A stretch of DNA of 64,000 nt, taken from Kiritimatiellota bacterium (GTDB lineage Bacteria; Verrucomicrobiota; Lentisphaeria; Oligosphaerales; JAADHN01). The notes beneath the pieces are model-generated. The model was not told the DNA's origin. It did no database searches and worked only from the letters and a program-made list of their open reading frames with translations. The stretch is taken from contig JAADHN010000166.1 of the NCBI GenBank assembly GCA_013151865.1, positions 2,792-66,791 on the forward strand, given 5' to 3'. Shown here in pieces: positions 44,252 through 53,914 of this stretch (the stretch's first letter is position 1; each line of letters opens with the position of its first letter). The position numbers and the translations under genes are program-made.

Positions 44252-44288
44252 AGCCGTTGTTCTCCCCCGCATCGAATGGAATCAGAAC

Positions 44289-45503
44289 ATGGCAATGCAG
44301 CCGCAGCAAGCATGGAAGATCCTGATTGACAGTATCGAACCGCTCACGGCTATCGGCACGCCCCTGGACGAAGCGGTCGGCTGCTATCTAGCGGAAGACC
44401 TCCACGCCGACCGAGACGAGCCCCCGACCGACCGGTCGGCCATGGACGGCTATGCCGTACGCTCGGCGGAGATCGCGTCCCCTCCTGTCGCCCTTCGGAT
44501 AGAGGGAGAGGTCCCCGCGGGTGCAGCTCCCGGAGTGCGCCTCACCCCCGGCGGTTGCATCCGGGTCTTCACTGGGTCGGTCGTCCCCGAGGAAGCCGAC
44601 GCCGTCGTACGGGTCGAGGATTGCGCCGAGGACGACACCGGAATCTCCGTGAAAGCGTCGGTCCATCCCGGAGAAAACATCCGGTACCGCGGGGAAGTTT
44701 GGGCGGCATCATCCAAACTCCTGTCTCGCGGAACGTGCCTTACCCCGATGCGGTTGGCGATCTGCGCGAGCATCGGGCGTTTGCACTTGCCGGTGATCCG
44801 GAAGCCCCGAATCGCACTTCTTGTCACGGGCAACGAGTTACGCCCTCTCGGAGCGCCCGTCGCGCCACATCAGATCCGGGATGCGAATGGTCCCGCCATC
44901 GGGGCCGTGCTGACCCAGGCGGGCTTTGGTCGCATCCGCCCGCGACAAGTCCGGGATCAACCGGAACAGATTCGCGGCGAACTCTGCGAAGCGCTCGAAC
45001 ATCACGACGTGGTCCTTCTTTCCGGCGGAGTGTCGGTGGGCCGGCATGACTTGGTTCCCGGCGCCGTTCGGGCATGCGGCGGGGATATCCGATATCACGG
45101 TCTGGCCATGAAGCCCGGAAAGCCTCAACTCTACGCTCGGTTTCCGGGCAATCGGCATGTCTTCGGCCTGCCCGGGAACCCGCTTAGCGCTCTCACCGGG
45201 CTGACGGAGTTCGTCTTGCCCGCACTTCGCTTGCTGGGCGGCTGTCCGGCAGACCGCTGCCGCTGGCGCTTCCTCTTGCCGCTCGTCGAGACCTGTTCCA
45301 ACCCGCGGAACAGGATCGCGTTTACCCTCGTGCGCCTTCTGAATACGGAATCCGGCCTCTCCTTGAAGCCGGTATCGTCCCACGGGTCCGCCGACATGAA
45401 GGCCGCCGCTGTGGCCGACGGTGTGGCTGCATTGCCCCCTGGACGCAAGCACATTCCCCGCGGGACGGCAGTGGAATTCACCGCATGGAGACCCTTGTGG
45501 TGA
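44289..45503 (+). CDS. moeA: molybdopterin molybdenumtransferase
   Basis: ..PLDEAVGCYLAEDLHAD.., PPTDRSAMDGYAV, ..VLLSGGVSVGRHDLV.., HGLAMKPGKP are MoeA hallmarks. Confidence 0.85.
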   Translation: MAMQPQQAWKILIDSIEPLTAIGTPLDEAVGCYLAEDLHADRDEPPTDRSAMDGYAVRSAEIASPPVALRIEGEVPAGAAPGVRLTPGGCIRVFTGSVVPEEADAVVRVEDCAEDDTGISVKASVHPGENIRYRGEVWAASSKLLSRGTCLTPMRLAICASIGRLHLPVIRKPRIALLVTGNELRPLGAPVAPHQIRDANGPAIGAVLTQAGFGRIRPRQVRDQPEQIRGELCEALEHHDVVLLSGGVSVGRHDLVPGAVRACGGDIRYHGLAMKPGKPQLYARFPGNRHVFGLPGNPLSALTGLTEFVLPALRLLGGCPADRCRWRFLLPLVETCSNPRNRIAFTLVRLLNTESGLSLKPVSSHGSADMKAAAVADGVAALPPGRKHIPRGTAVEFTAWRPLW

Positions 45504-46459
45504 AAAACACGGTAAGCCTCAGAATCTCGCTGACGACGGAATGCCAGTTCCGCTGTCTCTACTGCACTGCCGGCAAAGACCATGTCGGAGACGCCCCGGC
45601 GCAGAGATTGACGGTTGAGGAAATCGTTTCTTTCGTGCGACAGGTCAAGGGTCGGTTCCGGATCGAGAAGATCCACTTGACCGGGGGCGAGCCGCTCCTG
45701 CGGTCCGACATCGTGGAATTGGTTCGGCGCCTCTCCCGTCTGGGGATCGGGGACATTGCCCTTACCACGAATGGGGAACGCCTGGTGGATCGGGCCGAGG
45801 CACTCAGAGACGCCGGGTTGCGGCGCCTCAACATCAGCCTCGACAGCCTTGAAACACGGATGCTGGCCCGTATCACGCGCGGCGGACATCTCGAGCGGAT
45901 TGTGGCTGGCATCGAACGGGCCGGCGCGCTCGGCCTGCGGCCCATCAAAATCAACACGGTCGTCCTCCGCGGGGTGAATGACGGCGAACTGGCGCGCTTG
46001 GCAGAATGGTCTTTGGGGCACGGGTGGGTCCCCCGCTTCCTCGAACTCATGCCCATCGGTCCTGCCAAGCCTCTCCATGGTCGCCTCTTTGTTCCGGTGC
46101 AGGAAATCATGGAACGACTGGCGAGGACCTTCACGCTCAACGGCCCGTTGCCCGAGGCCGGTCTCGGCAGCACACGTTATTATGCAGCCGCTTCGCCCAG
46201 GGCGGTCGGGAGGATCGGCTTCATCACTCCGGTCACACATCCGTTCTGCGCCGGCTGCAACCGACTCAGATTGACGGAAGCCGGCGACCTTGTCTCCTGT
46301 CTCGCCTGCGGTCTGGGGGTCAATGTGCGACAGTGGCTGGCGCCGGAGGGAAAAGGCAGACCGGACCGATTCGCAAACCTTCTTGACCGAGTACTGAAGA
46401 CCAAGAAAGGGCGTGGTCTTTTCCAGACGGAAACACCGATGATGGCGGTCGGAGGCTGA
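45485..46459 (+). CDS. moaA: GTP 3',8-cyclase (molybdenum cofactor biosynthesis protein A)
   Basis: LRISLTTECQFRCLYCTAG (CxxxCxxC), IHLTGGEPLLR, LTTNG, C-terminal FCAGCNRLRLT cluster motif. Overlaps the moeA end by 19 nt. Confidence 0.9.
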   Translation: METLVVKNTVSLRISLTTECQFRCLYCTAGKDHVGDAPAQRLTVEEIVSFVRQVKGRFRIEKIHLTGGEPLLRSDIVELVRRLSRLGIGDIALTTNGERLVDRAEALRDAGLRRLNISLDSLETRMLARITRGGHLERIVAGIERAGALGLRPIKINTVVLRGVNDGELARLAEWSLGHGWVPRFLELMPIGPAKPLHGRLFVPVQEIMERLARTFTLNGPLPEAGLGSTRYYAAASPRAVGRIGFITPVTHPFCAGCNRLRLTEAGDLVSCLACGLGVNVRQWLAPEGKGRPDRFANLLDRVLKTKKGRGLFQTETPMMAVGG

Positions 46460-46515
46460 AAGAACAGACGGCGGCAAAAAGACCCCGAAACACGCCCGGG
46501 CGGAGAAGAAACGTT

Positions 46516-47028
46516 ATGCCTTCCGATGATTCCCAATGCCGACCCTCCGGTACCGGGGCCTCCCTGTCGCACGTGCATGAAGGGCACGCTGTCATGGTCG
46601 ACGTCAGCGAAAAACCCGTCAGCCTGCGCGCCGCCGAGGCGGAAGCCCGCGTGCGCCTCGGTGCCGCGACTGCCGCACGACTCCGGGAAACGGGCGAAGC
46701 CGGCAAAGGCAATGTGCTTGAAACGGCTCGGATGGCGGGCATCGCCGGCGCCAAGAAATGTTCCGAGCTGATTCCGATGTGCCACCCGTTGCCATTGGAT
46801 GTGGTCGAGATCGCCGCGGAACTTGTGGAGCAAACCGTTCTCTTGCGCTCTCGCGTGGTTTGTCACGCTCGAACCGGTGTGGAAATGGAGGCGCTCACCG
46901 CCGTAACTGTCGCAGCTCTGACCGTGTACGATATGGTCAAGGCTGCGGATAAACAGATTGAAATCGGCCCTATTCGGCTGGTCAGCAAAATGGGAGGTAA
47001 GTCCGGTGAGTGGCGCCGCGAGCAATGA
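46516..47028 (+). CDS. moaC: cyclic pyranopterin monophosphate synthase
   Basis: LSHVHEGHAVMVDVSEKPVSLR.., KGNVLETARMAGIAGAKKCSELIPMCHPLPL, TGVEMEALTAVTVAALTVYDMVKA. Confidence 0.9.
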   Translation: MPSDDSQCRPSGTGASLSHVHEGHAVMVDVSEKPVSLRAAEAEARVRLGAATAARLRETGEAGKGNVLETARMAGIAGAKKCSELIPMCHPLPLDVVEIAAELVEQTVLLRSRVVCHARTGVEMEALTAVTVAALTVYDMVKAADKQIEIGPIRLVSKMGGKSGEWRREQ

Positions 47029-48004
47029 ACCCGCCGGTCGTATTGTCGCCGTTTGCATCAGTGAACGGAAAGGGACCCCGAAAACGCCGGTCGCGTCTGC
47101 CCGTTTCGTGGCCGGGGCAGGTCTCGAGGCCGACGCTCACGCCGGTCCGTGGCATCGGCAAGTCAGCATCCTCGACAAGGAAGCCGTGGATCGGGTCCGC
47201 AAGGCCGGTCTTCCCGACTTGACTCCGGGGGCCTTTGCCGAAAACCTCCAGACGGAAGGGCTGAACCTGGAACACTGCGGGCTCGGGACTCGACTCGTCA
47301 TTGCCGACCAGGTGCAATTGGTGGTGACTCAGATCGGAAAAACCTGCCATACCCCTTGCCGGATCGCCCGGATCACCGGCGACTGCATCATGCCCGGCCG
47401 CGGGCTGTTCTGCCGAGTGGAGCGGGGCGGGAAAGTCGCCGCAGGAGATCCGGTCCGTATCGAAGAATGCGTGGGCCGCGATTTGTTCCAGGCCGTCGTG
47501 CTCACGATCAGCGACAGCCGTGCCGCCGGGGTTGCTCGAGACACCGCCGGCCCTGCGGTCGCAGACCTCTTGGAGAGTCGACTCAATGTGCACATTTATC
47601 GCCGGAAGATCATTCCGGACGATCATAACCGGATTCGGGACGCCCTCCTTCACTACGCCGGGGGGCATTCCATCGACTTGGTCGTGACGGTCGGAGGCAC
47701 CGGTTTTTCACCCCGGGATGTGACCCCGGAAGCCACGGCGACCGTCGTCCAACGCCCGACGCCCGGGCTTGACGAAGTCATGCGGGCCGCGTCCGTTGCC
47801 AAGACTCCGTTCGCCGCCCTGTCCCGGGGGCGATCCGGGATTCGCGGCAGAACGCTGATCCTGAATCTCCCGGGGTCGCGAAAGGCCGCCGTCGAAAACT
47901 TGCAGGCAATCGTCTCCTGCCTCGAACATGGGCTTGGAAAGATCCGCGGAGACCCGACGCCGTGCGCCGGCGTACAGGCGAGCAAGAAGGATGAGCAGCC
48001 ATGA
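47006..48004 (+). CDS. MOSC domain / MoaB-MogA-type molybdopterin-binding domain fusion protein
   Basis: GTG 47006 is preceded by GGGAGG; the track ORF starts at a TTG at 46958. N-terminal half is MOSC-like (RIVAVCISERKGTPK..QVSILDKEAV..ENLQTEGL..GDPVRI). C-terminal half is MoaB/Mog-like (VVLTISDSRAAG..DLVVTVGGTGFSPRDVTPEAT..LPGSRKA). Confidence 0.75.
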   Translation: MSGAASNEPAGRIVAVCISERKGTPKTPVASARFVAGAGLEADAHAGPWHRQVSILDKEAVDRVRKAGLPDLTPGAFAENLQTEGLNLEHCGLGTRLVIADQVQLVVTQIGKTCHTPCRIARITGDCIMPGRGLFCRVERGGKVAAGDPVRIEECVGRDLFQAVVLTISDSRAAGVARDTAGPAVADLLESRLNVHIYRRKIIPDDHNRIRDALLHYAGGHSIDLVVTVGGTGFSPRDVTPEATATVVQRPTPGLDEVMRAASVAKTPFAALSRGRSGIRGRTLILNLPGSRKAAVENLQAIVSCLEHGLGKIRGDPTPCAGVQASKKDEQP

Positions 48005-49068
48005 GTGGGAACGAAATCCTGCCCGTAATAGCCCTATGCGGCTGGAGCGGTTCCGGCAAGACCACCCTTCTCGAACAAGTCGTCCCGCGCCTCAGGGAAG
48101 CGGGGTGGACCGTGGCCGTACTCAAGCACGACGTTCACGGCCTCCGGTTCGACAAGGACGGCAAGGACAGTGACCGCCTCTTTCAGCAGGGGGCCGACGT
48201 CCTCATGCAGGGCGGCAACGAATCCTTCTTTCGCCGACACATGACTTCGGGCCCCGAGGCTCTGGCGCAAACTCTCCGGGACTTGGTTACGCGGACCGAT
48301 GTTGTCCTGGTCGAGGGACACAAGGGGACGCCGCTGCCGAAGATATGGCTGTCCGGACCGGATGACGCTCCTCCTCCGAAGATGGCCACAACCCCGCTGG
48401 CGATTCTGCCCCCGGGGCCGGAGCGTTCCCGGGAGTTCCTGAGCATCGTAGTCCCCCACATCACAAAAACTTGGCTGGCTGAACCTCTGGCGGGATGCGT
48501 CCTGGCCGGGGGACAGGGGCGACGCATGAAAAGGCCCAAACATCTCTTGCGGGACAAAGGGCGGAGTTGGGCCGCCTGCCGCGCTCGGCTGCTGGCGGAC
48601 GTCTGCTCCCCCGTTGTTTTTGCCGCAGGCCGCAATTCAATCCCGGATGCAAACGGGTTTCCGGTGATTCCGGATGCACCGGATGCCGCCGGGCCCTTGG
48701 CCGGCATCCTGGCGGCCATGCGCTGGGCCCCGTTTTCCTCCTGGGTCACGGTTGCCTGCGATATGCCGTCGATCACGCAACGTGCCGTCGAATGGCTGCT
48801 CGGTCATCGCCGACCCGGTGTGTGGGGCGTTTTTCCAGTCCTCCCCGGAGAACCCGCTCGACCAGAACCTCTTTTTGCGTACTACAATTTCAGGCTGAGG
48901 TCCGCGATCGAAAGTCTGGTCCGCACCGGAACATTCGCACCGCGTCGTCTCGCCGATCACCCGCATGTTCTGCTCCCCCGCATCCCGGAGGATATCGCGT
49001 CGGCATGGACAAACGCGAATACTCCCGAGGAGGTCGCGAGCACACGGGCCGGAGCGACGGACCTGTAA
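48001..49068 (+). CDS. MobB-MobA fusion: molybdopterin-guanine dinucleotide biosynthesis adapter + molybdenum cofactor guanylyltransferase
   Basis: ATGA start/stop overlap with the preceding gene. N-terminus IALCGWSGSGKTTLLEQVVPRL (MobB P-loop). C-terminal half AGCVLAGGQGRRMKRPKHLL...AGPLAGILAAM (MobA). Confidence 0.8.
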   Translation: MSGNEILPVIALCGWSGSGKTTLLEQVVPRLREAGWTVAVLKHDVHGLRFDKDGKDSDRLFQQGADVLMQGGNESFFRRHMTSGPEALAQTLRDLVTRTDVVLVEGHKGTPLPKIWLSGPDDAPPPKMATTPLAILPPGPERSREFLSIVVPHITKTWLAEPLAGCVLAGGQGRRMKRPKHLLRDKGRSWAACRARLLADVCSPVVFAAGRNSIPDANGFPVIPDAPDAAGPLAGILAAMRWAPFSSWVTVACDMPSITQRAVEWLLGHRRPGVWGVFPVLPGEPARPEPLFAYYNFRLRSAIESLVRTGTFAPRRLADHPHVLLPRIPEDIASAWTNANTPEEVASTRAGATDL

Positions 49069-49264
49069 CCCCGCTCACGCCACGAAAGAGAGGACGGCGG
49101 TCCGCAAGCGTACGCCCCCCGACCGCCACCGCGGTGCGGTTTGGACCGTACGCAAGCTGAAACCGCCTGCAACAACAGGAGAAATGTGTATGAATTGACG
49201 ACGACGCGTACCGACGCCTCGCCGATGGATCTGGAACGAACACACGAAAAAGGGAGCAATAACA

Positions 49265-50605
49265 ATGTCTGCTTGCAACCGTATCACCGCCTTGATCCTC
49301 GGGGTCTCGCTTTGGCTCGTCGTTTCGACGCCCCCGGCCCTCGGCCAAAACACCGATCTAGGCAAAGTGCTTTCACAATTGCGGGAAATGAGAGCGCAAC
49401 TCGCCAAACAAGATGCACAGATACGCCAGTTGAAGGCAAAGTTGCAGGAACTGGAGAACGACCGGCAACAGGTGGTAGAGCAGGTGGTCGAGGATAAACT
49501 GAAGAAGGTCGGGACGTCCCCTCTCCGCCTCGGCAACGGTAACATCGATTCACTTAAGCTCCAGGGCGACCTGCGCGTCCGCTACGAACGTCGTTCCAAA
49601 GACACGGGGGCTGTGGCCAACAAGAAAGAAAACCGGGATCGCATGCGGAGCCGCTTCCGTCTCGGCTTCGTCTGGACCAACAGCACCGAGGATTGGGAGA
49701 TCGGCGCCGGCCTGGCCACCGGCGGCGACGACGGACGCAGCACCAACGATACCTGGAACGAGAAAAAACTCTTCGAAACCGGGGACATCCGCCTCGATTA
49801 CGCCTACGCCAAACACAAATGGGACAACCTCGCCATTACCCTCGGGCAACAGAAGAACCCATTCGTCACGTCCTACATCCTTTGGGACAGCGACCTGCGT
49901 CCGACCGGCCTCACGGCTCAACTCCGCGCGGACAACGTGTTCGCCACGCTGGGGTATTACAACGTGCTCTGGGGGGCCAACCTCAAGGGCAACGCGGACG
50001 ACTACAGTGTGGAAATGTTCGCCGGACAAATCGGGGTGAAGTACGAGACCGAGGACGGGATCGGTTTCCTCGCCGCTGCCGGCACATATCTGTTCACGGA
50101 CTCGTTCCGGGAAGCCACGGCCGGGGGCACGGACCCCTACAAATACTCCTCCGGTCTCTACAACGTGGACAGCAGTTACGACGTCCAGCTCGGCGACGTG
50201 TACGCTCAGGTGACCGGGAAAGTCGGCAGCGCGAACGTCAAGGCCTACGGGCACGCCGTCAAGAACTTCGGCGCCGACGGCGCCAAGAGCCAGCAAGGCG
50301 GCACAATCGACCCGAGCGACAACGACCTCGCCTGGCTCTTGGGCTTCGCCCTCAAGTACGACAGGATCAAGCTCGGCTACAGCTACGCCCGCATCGAAGC
50401 CGATAGTGTGTTCGGACCGATGAAGGACAGCGACTTCGGTGAGACCGCCGGGCTGGTCGACACGAACCTCGAAGGGCACAAACTCGGCCTGAGCTACGCG
50501 GTAACCCCACACTTCTCGCTGGGACTCACCACCATGCTCGTACAGGAAATCGAGGGCGACAAAGACGCCAAATTGTACCAGTTCGACGCCGTGTACAAAT
50601 TCTGA
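49265..50605 (+). CDS. putative outer-membrane porin with N-terminal coiled coil
   Basis: Signal peptide (ALILGVSLWLVVSTPPALGQ). Heptad-like segment LSQLREMRAQLAKQDAQIRQLKAKLQELEND. Alternating beta-strand-like sequence. C-terminal ..YQFDAVYKF ending in Phe, as in beta-barrel OMPs. Confidence 0.6.
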   Translation: MSACNRITALILGVSLWLVVSTPPALGQNTDLGKVLSQLREMRAQLAKQDAQIRQLKAKLQELENDRQQVVEQVVEDKLKKVGTSPLRLGNGNIDSLKLQGDLRVRYERRSKDTGAVANKKENRDRMRSRFRLGFVWTNSTEDWEIGAGLATGGDDGRSTNDTWNEKKLFETGDIRLDYAYAKHKWDNLAITLGQQKNPFVTSYILWDSDLRPTGLTAQLRADNVFATLGYYNVLWGANLKGNADDYSVEMFAGQIGVKYETEDGIGFLAAAGTYLFTDSFREATAGGTDPYKYSSGLYNVDSSYDVQLGDVYAQVTGKVGSANVKAYGHAVKNFGADGAKSQQGGTIDPSDNDLAWLLGFALKYDRIKLGYSYARIEADSVFGPMKDSDFGETAGLVDTNLEGHKLGLSYAVTPHFSLGLTTMLVQEIEGDKDAKLYQFDAVYKF

Positions 50606-50709
50606 TACGACTCTCCTTTCCCCCGCCGCCGCCGCCGGTCGGACTGCCTGGTTCGCCGGTGGCGGCCTCTTCGGGAACAGTGGGGGCAGGTCACCGGGAC
50701 ATACCGGGA

Positions 50710-51717
50710 TCAGGGCCGGAAAAGCATGGTGATGTCCGCACGCGGATTCCAAGGGCGATTCAAGTTTTCGTAAAACGCCGTCAGCCGTTCCGATTCGACG
50801 GTCTCGGAATACTCCCGAACGCGCCCGGGCTTCAAGAACGTGTCGGCAAACCAAGCCCAATCCTTTTCTTCATACCCGACCCGAACCGGCATGAACCGGA
50901 CCGGCACACCGGACGTCTCGGCGGCTTTTTTCCGGGCCCGGTCGTCGCCGGGCGCATCCCCGAACATGATCACCAGGTCGTACGGGCGACTCAACTGTTC
51001 CTCCGCGGCCCGAATGGCGCCCACGAGCTGCACGTCCTTCTTGCCGGACTCCCGGCCGAACACACCCCGAATGGAGTCGGTCAAGCCGTGCTGTTCCCAA
51101 GTTTCCCGCAAATGTTCTTCCGGCGTCCCCGAAACGATCATGCAGTCGACCCCCTCGGCTCGGGCCAGCTTGATCGCCGCGATAGCAGTGTCGAACGGCT
51201 TGATGTAAGGACAGTCGCTGCTCACATTGGCGTTGACCGTTCGGCTCCACTGCGCCACTTGTGAAAGCTCTTCTTTTTCCGCGCCTTCCGGCAAACCTGC
51301 GATGTACGCCTCGAGCACATTGTCTCCATAACCCTTTTCCGCAGCCACGTTCTCCAGGTAGGCCTTCAGAAACGGCAGACGCGGCACGGTCACAACCCCG
51401 TTCTGCTCCGCTTCCTGAACGACCGGCATTTCGAGCGCACGGTCCACGACCTGGGCCAACGCTTTGAACCGAGGGCAACCCCGGTCTTCAATCTCGTTCA
51501 CGTATGCCCAGGCGATACGCCAGGCCTCGGCGATGGGAGCCAGCTGAAAACAGTCGATACCCGCACGAGGAAACGGGCCGCCATGCTTGTAGCGCATGCC
51601 TTTGTCCACGCACCCGTCCGAATCGATCCCGAACAGGATGCGCAACCCCGTGTCACGATAGGTGTTCTCGCCCACACGATACTCGTCGAGACGTTCCGGA
51701 AGCCGTTGGTTCGTCAT
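50710..51717 (-). CDS. HAD-superfamily hydrolase-like protein
   Basis: Motif I FGIDSDGCV (DxDG), motif II-like MIVSGTP, motif IV MFGDAPGDD. Begins 4 nt after the stop of the upstream GHL10-like gene. Confidence 0.6.
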   Translation of the reverse strand: MTNQRLPERLDEYRVGENTYRDTGLRILFGIDSDGCVDKGMRYKHGGPFPRAGIDCFQLAPIAEAWRIAWAYVNEIEDRGCPRFKALAQVVDRALEMPVVQEAEQNGVVTVPRLPFLKAYLENVAAEKGYGDNVLEAYIAGLPEGAEKEELSQVAQWSRTVNANVSSDCPYIKPFDTAIAAIKLARAEGVDCMIVSGTPEEHLRETWEQHGLTDSIRGVFGRESGKKDVQLVGAIRAAEEQLSRPYDLVIMFGDAPGDDRARKKAAETSGVPVRFMPVRVGYEEKDWAWFADTFLKPGRVREYSETVESERLTAFYENLNRPWNPRADITMLFRP

Positions 51718-51720
51718 GGA

Positions 51721-53790
51721 TTATTCCTTTCGTTTCTCCCGTTTCTGCTTGTCCGTCGCAAGCCTCCCCAACCCCGCAGGGACCGCGACAGTTCGATAAA
51801 AGGGGACTGCGGGCAACCGATTCAAGTCCTCCCTCAACACGCTCACGATGGCGTCATCGAGGTATGGACTGGCAAACAGGCAGTAGCCGTGTATGCCCAT
51901 TCGCCGGACCAGGCGAATTTGCTGGCGGACCAGGCCAGACGGCCGCGCCACGGCCCTGCCGCCGGAGCGCCGGTACAGCGAAAGGCCGGTCACAAGCCGA
52001 TCATCGTCGTCCAGGATGTCGAGGAAAGCGGCTTCGGTCGTATATACCAAAAGGGTTTGCATCTTGTAGTCCATGGGTATGACCATATCGAGCCACCCTT
52101 TTCGGAGCCAAGCCGCCGGATCCTGACCCTGCTCCGCGCCGGCCTTCAGGTTCGAGAAAACCGCAGCGGACAAAACGGCGCGCGGGCGGACCTTCCGCAC
52201 ACCCTCGGCCGTGCGCCGGACGATATCCCCGATCGCGGCCCGCTGCCACTCGACCCAGTCCGCCGCGGTCGCGTTTTCGAGCGGCTTCCCGAACTTTTTC
52301 GTGAATTCGGCCCGACACTTGGCGCACCAACAACGGTTCATGGCCCGAATGTAGTCCAAATGAATGCCGTCAATGGGATAATCCCGAGCCGTGCCCACCA
52401 TGAGATCCACGATGAAGTCGCGGTATTCCGGCCGGTGCACATCGGCGCCGACCTTGATGACCTTCCCATTCCGGTCGATCATGTCGACCCCGGGCAGACT
52501 TTTGCGGAACCGGGCGTCCCGATAGGTGACGCAAAACCAGGGATGGACCTCGAGCCCATGAGCATGTGCTGTCCGAGTCAGGAAGCCGAGGGGGTCGAGT
52601 CCGTTCTCCACTGAGGACGACAGTGGAAAAAGAGAACTTTTCAGCAGCAGACTGCTGCGCACGAACACGTCCGGGATCAGGACGTTCAACCTCGCCCGAA
52701 CGGCCCGGTTGACCAGCTTTCGAATGTCGGCTCGCGTCCGGATATCCGACGGCGCCACCCACAGTGCCCGTGTCTCCCGAACACGCCCGTCCGCCGTGCG
52801 CGGCAGAGACGCCGGTTCCGTGCCGGCCAGGACAACCGCTTCCGAGACCGTGCCGGTCCCGGTAGTGACCGTAACATGGATCCGCCGGATTTCCGGCTCG
52901 GAGGGCCCCAGAACACGGACGGTCGCGTCAAGGTCGAATGATTCCGGCAGCGCTCCGTTCGGGAGTCGTCCCACCATCCACCCGGTCGGAGCATCGATCC
53001 AATCGAACTGGGTAACGAGCGGGACGCGCACGTCCCCGGCGACCAGCGCCGCCGGGACGTTGACCACGGGAAATCGCTCACCGGCCGCGTCGGTCACTTC
53101 GATTCTGACGCGCACCGGGCCGCCCGGTTTCCATGTGGACTGCACTCCCCCGAGTCCCAGCGTGTAACGACTGAGGTCGGCGAGAGTGAAAAGGAGCGTC
53201 TTCGTGACGTTCGGCGATTGCAACAAGGCGGGCGGGTCCGTCACGTCCAGCCACTCTCCGCTCGGTTGATCGATCAAGAAATAGTAATGCCCCCGAAAAC
53301 CGGACAATCCTTTGTGCAGCCGAGCGCCGTAACGTTCGGCGACCCGGGCGGAGTTCACATGGGCGACAGCAGGGCCGAGTCGAGAAAGGTCGATCTTCTC
53401 GTCGGTGTAGAGTGCCACCATGCTCTTGTCGCGGTACTGCATGAGCCGCCAATACTCGGTGCCGAAGCGAGAAGTCAGCAAGATGGGGGCCGTCTCGATC
53501 ACCTTGTATTCGAGGTCGAGCCGAATGCGTACTTCGTCGGCACTCGAGAAATGAACCAGTTGGACCGGGACCGAGACCGTCCGAAACTCGAGCTTGCCGC
53601 CCCCTTTGTATCGGGGTTTGTCCCCCACCCCGTTCCCGACCACAGAGAACACCTCGCCCCCCACCCCCGACAGACTGCGAACTCCGCAGACCAATACCAG
53701 AAAGGCCAGGGCCGGACCCGGGAAGTGGAAGCCGGATCGGTGGTCCGAGTGCGGAAGCCATCCCCCCATGCCGGTTTGGATCGTCTTCAT
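51721..53790 (-). CDS. glycoside hydrolase-like family 10 (GHL10/YngK-type) protein, secreted
   Basis: Start set at MKTIQTGMGGWLP (ATG 53790). ..RALWVAPSDI.., ..GLEVHPWFCVTY.., ..IDGIHLDYIRAMNRCWC.. match the TIM-barrel GHL10 family pattern. Confidence 0.7.
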   Translation of the reverse strand: MKTIQTGMGGWLPHSDHRSGFHFPGPALAFLVLVCGVRSLSGVGGEVFSVVGNGVGDKPRYKGGGKLEFRTVSVPVQLVHFSSADEVRIRLDLEYKVIETAPILLTSRFGTEYWRLMQYRDKSMVALYTDEKIDLSRLGPAVAHVNSARVAERYGARLHKGLSGFRGHYYFLIDQPSGEWLDVTDPPALLQSPNVTKTLLFTLADLSRYTLGLGGVQSTWKPGGPVRVRIEVTDAAGERFPVVNVPAALVAGDVRVPLVTQFDWIDAPTGWMVGRLPNGALPESFDLDATVRVLGPSEPEIRRIHVTVTTGTGTVSEAVVLAGTEPASLPRTADGRVRETRALWVAPSDIRTRADIRKLVNRAVRARLNVLIPDVFVRSSLLLKSSLFPLSSSVENGLDPLGFLTRTAHAHGLEVHPWFCVTYRDARFRKSLPGVDMIDRNGKVIKVGADVHRPEYRDFIVDLMVGTARDYPIDGIHLDYIRAMNRCWCAKCRAEFTKKFGKPLENATAADWVEWQRAAIGDIVRRTAEGVRKVRPRAVLSAAVFSNLKAGAEQGQDPAAWLRKGWLDMVIPMDYKMQTLLVYTTEAAFLDILDDDDRLVTGLSLYRRSGGRAVARPSGLVRQQIRLVRRMGIHGYCLFASPYLDDAIVSVLREDLNRLPAVPFYRTVAVPAGLGRLATDKQKREKRKE

Positions 53791-53914
53791 AAGCCGAAAC
53801 CTCTTGTCTGCTCGAGCGACTCCCCGTACAGTTGCGATCCGCACGGCAAACCGAACACGGGCGGCGCCGTCGGAACAGCGACAATCTCGGCAAGAAACCT
53901 TCTGCCGGCCGGGA

